From positions 1 through 64,000 of the forward strand of contig JBDKRC010000323.1 in assembly GCA_039683575.1 (NCBI GenBank): a stretch of 64,000 nt of DNA, given 5' to 3'. The DNA is from Armatimonadia bacterium. Lineage in GTDB: Bacteria; Armatimonadota; Zipacnadia; Zipacnadales; UBA11051. A program made the position numbers and the translations under genes. Below the pieces are notes generated by a model. That model had not been told where the DNA came from. It did no database searches and worked only from the letters and a program-made list of their open reading frames with translations. Of this stretch, positions 56,893 to 64,000 are shown piece after piece; position 1 is the stretch's first letter; every line of letters begins with the position of its first letter.

Positions 56893-56944
56893 GTTAGGTC
56901 CTACTAACTACCGCCAATCTACCACAGCCCAGCCGCCTTGTCAA
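56893..56944 (-). promoter_or_regulatory. feo operon promoter with an overlapping DtxR-type operator
   Basis: TTGACA-N17-TAGATT (56944-56916) with extended TG; palindrome GTTAG-N6-CTAAC at 56893-56908 next to the predicted transcription start. Confidence 0.7.
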
Positions 56945-56996
56945 CTGGACCAGCTCTGGGGGTGTAACGTGCTGTTGTCGCTATCCGTGTCGTCGG

Positions 56997-57087
56997 ACTG
57001 TAGGGCGGGGGCTCCGTACCCCGCCGCGTGTGGCGATAGGTAATCGTAAATGACGGCAGGCGGGGTACGGAGCCCCCGCCCTACAGT
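56997..57087. repeat. REPIN-like doublet (family D)
   Basis: Perfect 29-bp inverted arms ACTGTAGGGCGGGGGCTCCGTACCCCGCC at 56997-57025 and 57059-57087. Confidence 0.88.
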
Positions 57088-57336
57088 GGGGAGTCACACC
57101 CAGTTCTGGACCGAATCATCCTACAGTCGCCCGAAATGGGGACGGAGCCTTCGCGCGCCACCTGCCCTGGCCAGAACCGTCTGCTCAGACTTCGCGCGAA
57201 GGCTCCGTCCCCATTCCGGCCGCCTAACTTCTGTCTGCCCGGACGCCTCCGCCCCTTGCAGCAACCCGCCCCTCCGGTGTATTCTGCCCCCTGGGACGCC
57301 CCCCGCATCACCTGTTATTGAAAGACGAGACCCACC

Positions 57337-58098
57337 GTGCAATTCACCTTTGACTGTCATGTCCACACCACCCGGTCCGCCTGTGGCGAAAACATCACCG
57401 ATGAGTGGCTCAGCGAGCAGGCTCTGAACGGCTTCAGCTTCGCCGTCACCGACCACTCCATGCACATGTACTACGAGCCCGAGATCGCCTGGGCCTTGCT
57501 CCGCGAGGACAGCGTCGAGCTCTTCGCCGAGCGCGTCGCAAAGGGCCGCGACAACACCCTCCGCTACATCGAGGACATCCGAGGCTGCAACCGCGACCAC
57601 ATGCACGTCGGCGTGGAGCTTGACGTCATGTACAACGGCCAGATCATGCTCGCCGACGACCTTCGCGACCAGTTGGACATCATCGTCGGCGGAGTCCACT
57701 TCCTCCCGACTATCGCCCACGAGGCTCCCCTGCCGGAGATCATCGACCAGTTCCAGGCGGAGACCCTTTGGCTCCTCGAATACGGCGTTGATGTCCTCGC
57801 CCACCCCTTCCGCATCCTCAGGGGCAAGGACTTGCCGGTGGATGACGACCTCGTGCACTGGACCGTTGAGCAAGCCCAAAAGTACGGTGCCGCCCTTGAG
57901 ATCAACTCCCACAAGATCATCCGCGAGCATGACGTGCTGATGACCAAACTCGCTCTCGAGCGCGACCTCAAGCTCGCCATCGGCACCGACGCCCACAACA
58001 CTCGCGAATTCGGCGGCTTCACCTACCACCAGGAGATCCTGCAAGCCGCAGGCGTCCAGCCCGACCAGCTCAACTCAGTGCTCTTCACCCTGAACTAA
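57337..58098 (+). CDS. PHP domain phosphoesterase (YcdX/HisJ-like)
   Basis: DCHVHT, VTDHS, GVE, GVH, LAHP, EIN and GTDAH; GTG start. Confidence 0.85.
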   Translation: MQFTFDCHVHTTRSACGENITDEWLSEQALNGFSFAVTDHSMHMYYEPEIAWALLREDSVELFAERVAKGRDNTLRYIEDIRGCNRDHMHVGVELDVMYNGQIMLADDLRDQLDIIVGGVHFLPTIAHEAPLPEIIDQFQAETLWLLEYGVDVLAHPFRILRGKDLPVDDDLVHWTVEQAQKYGAALEINSHKIIREHDVLMTKLALERDLKLAIGTDAHNTREFGGFTYHQEILQAAGVQPDQLNSVLFTLN

Positions 58099-58106
58099 CA
58101 CCTTTC

Positions 58107-58184
58107 CGCGTGGCAGGCATGCTCCGCATGCCGGAACATGTGAATGACTAGTGATTCCGGCATGCGGAGCATGCCTACCACGCG
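58107..58184. repeat. REP family A inverted doublet
   Basis: Copies at 58107-58135 (+) and 58156-58184 (-). Confidence 0.9.
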
Positions 58185-58222
58185 AACAAGAGGTCTGCCG
58201 TGGTGCGCCGCTAACAATGCCT

Positions 58223-58264
58223 GTAGGAGCGGTCACCAAGCGGACGCTGCGTCCGCACCGCGAT
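58223..58264. repeat. GTAG REP family C with a nested hairpin
   Basis: GTAGGAGCGGTCACCAA[GCGGACGCTGCGTCCGC]ACCGCGAT. Confidence 0.7.
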
Positions 58265-58285
58265 CCGCTCCAACGAGGTGCCACC

Positions 58286-61171
58286 ATGCTTCGTTTCACC
58301 ATCCCTCCCCTTCTCCTCCTGACCCTCACTCTCGCCCACGCCGCCCCTGAGCGGGTCCGGGGCAGCGACACTTGGGCCGTCTACCCCACTGCCTCCGCTG
58401 ACGACTGGCACTCCCTTCTCACCACCCAGAGCCTCGCCGCAGGTAAGCCGGTGGACCTGCGCCCTCAGCCCTCCTACGCGCCGCCCTCCGACCCCGATGA
58501 TTTCAAGCAACTCACCGACGGGCAGCTAGCCGCCAGCCCCAGCAACATCATCAGCGACAAGCGCTCCGTCGGCTGGTCCTATACGCCCTACGTCCGCCTT
58601 ACCGTGGACCTCGGCTCCCTCCAACCCGTCGGCCAGGTCCTCCTCCGCGTGCAGGTCCTCAGCAAAGACAACACGCTGCCCAGCCAGATCACCCTCTCGC
58701 TCAGCGAAACCGGCGACTACTTCACCCCCGTCCGCCGTATCAGCGAGAAGGTCCATCCCGACGATAACCCCGCGCTCACCTTCGAACCCCTTCCCGCCGA
58801 CAAACCCGGCGTCTACGTTATCGCCCTCCAGGCCGGCTACGGGGCCCGCTACGTCCGCCTCGACCTCGCCACCCACGGCCACTTCGTCACCGACGAACTC
58901 GCGGTCCTGGCTGGTCAGGGCAATCTCCAAAAGCTCCCACCCCCGCCGCAAGGCCGCCGCGACTGGGAAGACAACGTCTTTGACCGCCGCGACCAGTTCG
59001 CGAAACTCATCGCCCCCGGCAACCTCGCCGCTGGCCTCACCCTCCGCTACGCGCCCCAGCCCGGCTACCGGCTTACGACCGACGAAGCCGACCCCACCGA
59101 CCTAACCGACAGCCAGTTCGGCGAGCGTACGGATGAGAAGATCTGGTTCGAAAAGCGTGCCGTCTGCTGGCAGTCCAGCCCCCTCGTGACCATCTTCGCC
59201 GATCTTGGCCAGGTTCAACCCGTTGGCTCCGTCGTCGCCCGCTTCCTCGGCGGCGGCGAGCAGGGCGGCCTGACCTTCCCCGACGAGCTTCGCGTGCTGC
59301 TGAGCACCGACGGCAAGGAGTACTACCAGGTCACCACCCGCCACAAGCGCGGCCTCGACGATCTTTCGGCCGACGCCTACGATCTCCCCGAGGAGAAGCT
59401 GGCCTGGGTCCACAACTTCGCCCTGCCCGTCGGCTATCGCGCCCGCTATGTCGCCGTGCAGGCCGTCCACCAAAAGCAATTCATCTGCAGCGATGAAATT
59501 GCCATCGTCAAGGGCACAGACAACCTCCCCGACTTCACCCCCGCCGCGGGCAAGCGCGTCAGCATCGTCACCAGCGGCGTCGCCTTCGAGCCGGTCTGGG
59601 GCGATATCCTGCCCGTAGCCACCATGCCGCTGCGCACCAAGCTCGCCATCACCGACGCCCGCACCGGCAAGGCCTACATGGGCCCCTGCACCCTCGTCCT
59701 TGATCTGCCCGAGACCCTCAAGCTGGCCGCGCCCGCCCCGCAGTCCTCCACCGTGGACCACAACGGCCGTGCCTTCCAGCGCTACCGGATAGACACCAAC
59801 CGCCACCGGCTCGAGTTCTACCTCCAAAGCCTTCTGCCGCACGGCAAGACCGACACCCTCTACACCTACGGCGACAGTGGCCAGGGCCTCGAGAACGAGC
59901 GTCAGGTCAAGTGGCAATCGCTCGTCATTCCCGCCGCCCGCGTCCCCAAGCGCCTCCACGTCAGCCTCGCCTGGAGCGGCGCCGAGGGCCTCGTCAACGA
60001 TTGGCCCGACTATTTCAGTGCCATGAAGCACCTCGGCTTCAACGCCATCGCCACCTTCCCGCGCTACTGGAAAGAGTCCGACGTACCAAAGCATCAGGCC
60101 ACCCTCCAGGCTGGCCGCGACCTCGGCTTCCGGGTCATCGTCAACGAGTCGCCAGCCGGTGCCCTGGAGGGCTTCCGCAACCAACCCGAGACCAAGTCGC
60201 AACTCCCCGACGGCCCCGGTACGCACGTCTGCCCGTCCTACCGTGGCCAGTACTACCAGGCCGAGCACCAGGCCATGGCCCAACACGCCGTCTGGGCCAA
60301 ACCCGACTACCTCTTCTACGACATCGAAGCCTACTGGTCCGGCGCCATACAGGATGCCCCCCGCTGCAGCCGCTGCGTCGCCCGCTACCAGCAGGGCGGC
60401 TACAAGGACTGGGACGCCTTCCGCGAAGCCATGGGCCTTGAGATCCACCAGAACCTCAAGAGCGCCGTCGATCAAGCTCTCGCCCAGGCTAGCCTCAAGC
60501 AGAGCATCACCTACGGCAGCTACCGCACCGAGCCCATCACGCAGCTTAACGACGGCCTGTTCAGCTTCCTGAAGCTCTATCCCGACCTCCTGCAAGTCGG
60601 CATGCCCAGCCTCTACGTCGCGGGCAACGCCCAGGCCGTCGCCACTAGCATCAGCCGCAACCGCGCGCTGCTCGACAAGAACGACCTCATCCCCTGGCTC
60701 AGCACCGGCACCTACGGTGAATACGAGCCCTCCCACACCCGTGACATGATCCTGGAAGCCTTCGCCAACGGCGCCCGCGGCATCACGTACTACTGCTATG
60801 GAGACTTCGATCCGGCCCACTTCATGTACCACGCCCAGGCAGTGGACCTCGTCGCCCCCATTGAGGATATCTTCATGGACGGCAAGCCCCTGACCGGCCT
60901 CAAGTCCAGCAACGAGAAAGTGAAAGTCTGTGGGATGGGAATAGGTGGGGAACTGGCCGTCCTCGTCTCGAACTACTCCAACCTCCCGCCCGACACCACC
61001 GTCAGAATCAGCATACCCTTAGCCGCGAAAACCGCCGTGTATGACATGGACTCCGGCCAGAGGGTCGCCGACCTGACCCCCGGCAAGCCGCTTGAAATCC
61101 GCCTCGGCGACCGCTCGACAACCTTGCTCTACCTCGGCACCAAGTACGCCAAGTCGGTAGCCCGCGACTAA
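58286..61171 (+). CDS. Secreted protein with two discoidin (F5/8C, CBM32-like) domains and a GH-like barrel
   Basis: Signal peptide; duplicated LTDG...W...DLG...ARYV...DE motifs; HVCPSY...FYDIE in the C-terminal part. Confidence 0.65.
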   Translation: MLRFTIPPLLLLTLTLAHAAPERVRGSDTWAVYPTASADDWHSLLTTQSLAAGKPVDLRPQPSYAPPSDPDDFKQLTDGQLAASPSNIISDKRSVGWSYTPYVRLTVDLGSLQPVGQVLLRVQVLSKDNTLPSQITLSLSETGDYFTPVRRISEKVHPDDNPALTFEPLPADKPGVYVIALQAGYGARYVRLDLATHGHFVTDELAVLAGQGNLQKLPPPPQGRRDWEDNVFDRRDQFAKLIAPGNLAAGLTLRYAPQPGYRLTTDEADPTDLTDSQFGERTDEKIWFEKRAVCWQSSPLVTIFADLGQVQPVGSVVARFLGGGEQGGLTFPDELRVLLSTDGKEYYQVTTRHKRGLDDLSADAYDLPEEKLAWVHNFALPVGYRARYVAVQAVHQKQFICSDEIAIVKGTDNLPDFTPAAGKRVSIVTSGVAFEPVWGDILPVATMPLRTKLAITDARTGKAYMGPCTLVLDLPETLKLAAPAPQSSTVDHNGRAFQRYRIDTNRHRLEFYLQSLLPHGKTDTLYTYGDSGQGLENERQVKWQSLVIPAARVPKRLHVSLAWSGAEGLVNDWPDYFSAMKHLGFNAIATFPRYWKESDVPKHQATLQAGRDLGFRVIVNESPAGALEGFRNQPETKSQLPDGPGTHVCPSYRGQYYQAEHQAMAQHAVWAKPDYLFYDIEAYWSGAIQDAPRCSRCVARYQQGGYKDWDAFREAMGLEIHQNLKSAVDQALAQASLKQSITYGSYRTEPITQLNDGLFSFLKLYPDLLQVGMPSLYVAGNAQAVATSISRNRALLDKNDLIPWLSTGTYGEYEPSHTRDMILEAFANGARGITYYCYGDFDPAHFMYHAQAVDLVAPIEDIFMDGKPLTGLKSSNEKVKVCGMGIGGELAVLVSNYSNLPPDTTVRISIPLAAKTAVYDMDSGQRVADLTPGKPLEIRLGDRSTTLLYLGTKYAKSVARD

Positions 61172-61179
61172 CAATCACA

Positions 61180-61217
61180 CATCCTGAGCATCCTTGCCTT
61201 TATCCTGTACATCCTGT
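61180..61217 (-). repeat. Solo arm of the AGGAT-periodic element (family B)
   Basis: Reverse complement reads ACAGGATGTACAGGATAAAGGCAAGGATGCTCAGGATG. Confidence 0.85.
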
Positions 61218-61241
61218 AGAGAGCCTCCCTCGGAGACCACC

Positions 61242-61577
61242 ATGCCCGACAACCAACCGCAAGTCAGCAACGCCTTCCAGACCTTCCTCACCGAAGCGCC
61301 CGCCCATGCCGTTGCCTGGATGCAGGCCGTCCACGGCCTCGACGAAGCCTCCGCCCTCGACCCCAAGACCGCCGAACTGGCCTACCTCGCCGTCCTCGCG
61401 GCCCTGCGCCTCGAAAGCGGCGTCCCCTTCCATGTCCAGATGGCCCGCCAACACGGCGCCACCCGCGACGAGGTTATCAGCGCCCTGCTCGTCGGCCTCC
61501 CCGCCGCCGGCAACGCTGTAGTCCAAGTCCTGCCTGCCGCCCTCGCGGCCTACGACGCCGTACCTGATGAGGAATAG
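61242..61577 (+). CDS. Carboxymuconolactone decarboxylase (AhpD-like) family protein
   Basis: LDPKTAELAYLAV...FHV..AR.HGATRDEV; no CxxC. Confidence 0.85.
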   Translation: MPDNQPQVSNAFQTFLTEAPAHAVAWMQAVHGLDEASALDPKTAELAYLAVLAALRLESGVPFHVQMARQHGATRDEVISALLVGLPAAGNAVVQVLPAALAAYDAVPDEE

Positions 61578-61583
61578 CACCCG

Positions 61584-63119
61584 ATGAGAATACTGACCGA
61601 TCCTGACGCTCTCGCTGAATTCGATACCGACGAAGCTGGCGGCTTTCACGCCGCCGGCCTCGAGGCCGTCTACCTGCCCACCTCCGCGGCCGAAGTCGCC
61701 CAGATCCTCCGCGACGCCAACACCCGCAACCTCCCCGTCACGGTCTCCGGCGGCGGCACCGGCATCACCGGCGGCCGCGTCGCCACTTCCGGCGGCTGGG
61801 TCCTCAGCACCCGCGAACTGCGCAGCCCCGGACATTGCGACTTTGAACGCATCGAGCAGGAGCAGTTCGGCGAGCTCTTCACCATCTGCCTCGACCGCTC
61901 CAATCTGCTTGCCCGCGCCCCTTCAGGCATTACCCTCGAACACCTCAACCGGACCCTCCCCGGCGATCTGTGCTACCCGCCCGACCCGACCGAAGCCACC
62001 GCCACCCTCGGCGGCACCATCGCCACCAACGCCTCCGGTGCCGGAACCTTCCACTACGGCCCCACCCGCGACTGGGTTCTCGGCCTCGAGGTCATCCTGC
62101 CCACGGGCGACCACCTGAGCATTCGGCGCGGTGAGGTCGTTGAAAGCGGCGGTACCCTCGCCTTCGCCTCCACCGAGGGCACCCACTACACCGTGCCCGT
62201 GCCCGGCTACAGGATGCCCGACTGCAAGAACGCCGCCGGGCTGTATGCCTGCTCCGGAATGGACCTCGTGGACCTCTTCATCGGCTCCGAAGGCATCCTC
62301 GGCATCGTCACCTCTGCCCTCCTCAAGCTCCACACCCGCCCGGCAGACGTGGCCAGCGAGATCGCCTTCTTCAGCACCGAAGAAGACGCCCTTGCCTTCC
62401 TCGCCGACCTCCGCGCCGCCGCCGCTGACGGCCTGCAGGTTCTCTCCCTCGAATACTTCGACGCCAATTCCCTGCGCTTCATGCAGCACCCGCAGGTCCG
62501 TGGCGAGTATGCCGCCGCCGTCTACACCGAGATCGTCGGCACCCTCGACGACATCGAGCCCCTACTCGAAGCCCTCGAAGCCCACAATGTCGCCCAGGAC
62601 TGGTTCGCCGAGACTGAGGCGGATCGCAAAGAGCAGCGGGAGTTCCGGCATTCACTGCCAGAGGGGGTCAACACGTACGTCAGACGACGGGGGAGTCACA
62701 AAGTGGGGACAGACCTGGTCGTGCCCGCGGAGCATTTCCCGGCGATGCTCGCGCTCTATCACGAGGTGGGCGAGGAGTTCCGGCGCCGCTGCCCCCGCGA
62801 GGGCGAGCACTACCTGATTTTCGGCCACATCGGCAACTACCACCTGCACTTCAACTTCCTCGCCCACGACCAGCAGGAACTCGAAGTGGCCGGCGACCTC
62901 TACGCCCGCCTCGCCCGCCAGGCCATAGCCTTCGGCGGCACCATCTCCGGCGAGCACGGTGTAGGCAAGAAGACAATAATAGTGGACAACCAGCCCCTCC
63001 CGTACCTGCAGCTAATGTACGGCGAAGAGGGCCTCAAACAGATAGCAGCCACCAAGCGCGCCCTGGACCCCAAGTGGCTACTGAACCCCGGCAACGTCAT
63101 CCCAAGCCCTCAGACTTAA
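61584..63119 (+). CDS. FAD-linked oxidase (GlcD / D-lactate dehydrogenase-like)
   Basis: GGGTGITGG, PPDP, GGTIATNASG, GSEGILG, FGHIG..HLH, GEHGVG and LNPG. Confidence 0.88.
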   Translation: MRILTDPDALAEFDTDEAGGFHAAGLEAVYLPTSAAEVAQILRDANTRNLPVTVSGGGTGITGGRVATSGGWVLSTRELRSPGHCDFERIEQEQFGELFTICLDRSNLLARAPSGITLEHLNRTLPGDLCYPPDPTEATATLGGTIATNASGAGTFHYGPTRDWVLGLEVILPTGDHLSIRRGEVVESGGTLAFASTEGTHYTVPVPGYRMPDCKNAAGLYACSGMDLVDLFIGSEGILGIVTSALLKLHTRPADVASEIAFFSTEEDALAFLADLRAAAADGLQVLSLEYFDANSLRFMQHPQVRGEYAAAVYTEIVGTLDDIEPLLEALEAHNVAQDWFAETEADRKEQREFRHSLPEGVNTYVRRRGSHKVGTDLVVPAEHFPAMLALYHEVGEEFRRRCPREGEHYLIFGHIGNYHLHFNFLAHDQQELEVAGDLYARLARQAIAFGGTISGEHGVGKKTIIVDNQPLPYLQLMYGEEGLKQIAATKRALDPKWLLNPGNVIPSPQT

Positions 63120-63230
63120 CAGGATGCACAGGATAAAGGCAAGGATGGTCAGGATGAAGACATCTGATCTATCCTTGCCTCTGTTATTGCCTCCATCCTG
63201 TCTATCCGGCCGTCATCCTGCCCATCCTGT
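63119..63230. repeat. AGGAT-periodic inverted-repeat element (family B)
   Basis: Left arm 63119-63156 and degenerate inverted arm 63194-63230; fills the whole gap between convergent genes. Confidence 0.8.
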
Positions 63231-64000
63231 CAAGCTCTCCCAATAGCCATAGCCATCCCCATCCCGCCTCCGACACAAAGCGTCGCCAGCCCCAGCTTCA
63301 CGTCCCGCCTCTCCATCTCATATAGCAGCGACGTCACGATCCGCGCCCCGGTCGCCCCGATTGGGTGGCCCAGCGCGATCCCGCTGCCATTGACATTCAC
63401 CTTCGCCTCATCCAGCGCCAGCTCCCGCACCACTGCCACCGCCTGCACCGCGAACGCCTCATTCAGTTCCACCAGCTCAAAGTCCCCAGCCGCGCAGCCG
63501 AGCTTCCCGCACAGCTTCCGCACCGCCTCCACCGGCCCCATCCCCATGATCTCCGGCTCGATCCCCGCATAGGCCGCCCCCAGGATCGTCGCCCGCGGCT
63601 TCCAGCCCAGCGCCGCCGCCTTCTCCTCGCTCGCGATCAAACACGCCGCCGCCCCGTCATTGATCCCTGACGCATTCCCCGCCGTGATACATCCGTCTGG
63701 CTTGAACGCCGGTCGCAGCCCCGCCAACGCCTCCAGCGACGTCGCCCGCGGGTGTTCGTCCACCGCCACCGGCTCACCCTTTTTGCGCGGTACCGGCACG
63801 ATCTCATCCACAAACCGCCCCGCCGCAATCGCCGCCGCGGCCTTCTCCTGGCTCCCCAGCGCCCACGCGTCCATGTCCTCGCGGCTGATGCCGTACCGGC
63901 TCGCGATCTCCTCCGCCGTCAGTCCCATCCCCATCCCGGTCACCGAGCACGTCAACCCGTCCATGACGCCGTCTATCATCTCGACATTGCCCAGCTTCTG
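63230..64000 (-). CDS. Acetyl-CoA C-acetyltransferase (thiolase), 5' end outside the window
   Basis: [25 protein letters not shown] and LCVGGG. Confidence 0.92.
   Translation of the reverse strand, partial: QKLGNVEMIDGVMDGLTCSVTGMGMGLTAEEIASRYGISREDMDAWALGSQEKAAAAIAAGRFVDEIVPVPRKKGEPVAVDEHPRATSLEALAGLRPAFKPDGCITAGNASGINDGAAACLIASEEKAAALGWKPRATILGAAYAGIEPEIMGMGPVEAVRKLCGKLGCAAGDFELVELNEAFAVQAVAVVRELALDEAKVNVNGSGIALGHPIGATGARIVTSLLYEMERRDVKLGLATLCVGGGMGMAMAIGRA

Overview
High-GC bacterial chromosomal window with about 50 genes and no rRNA, tRNA, CRISPR array, transposase or integrase. The source is most likely Armatimonadota, inferred from five type IV prepilin-like DUF1559/H-X9-DG genes with the leader [34 protein letters not shown], many large secreted CAZyme-like proteins and several URO-D family paralogues. 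Contents in order: a glycan-foraging block (M14 peptidase, GH38, URO-D, two secreted GH-like proteins); tldD/pmbA; an Eda-VOC fusion; a 1554-aa secreted modular protein; a hybrid kinase; an HNH nuclease; a general-stress/CgeB glycosylation island (29.2-42.4 kb); purQ; a HEAT-repeat protein; a DtxR-FeoA-FeoA/feoB operon; and a partial thiolase. The most notable signals are: (1) a complete promoter, rare-codon 39-aa leader peptide and overlapping terminator in front of the HNH gene, which looks like a translation-sensing attenuator; (2) DUF1559 genes built as promoter-gene-terminator cassettes sharing a SigH-like GCAGG(A/T)-N17/18-GAA motif; (3) five distinct families of small intergenic palindromic repeats; (4) a G-rich to C-rich strand-skew reversal across the window, suggesting a replication terminus zone; (5) an apparently autoregulated Feo operon with a translationally coupled esterase. 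All family calls come from motif recognition by eye. No database searches were run.
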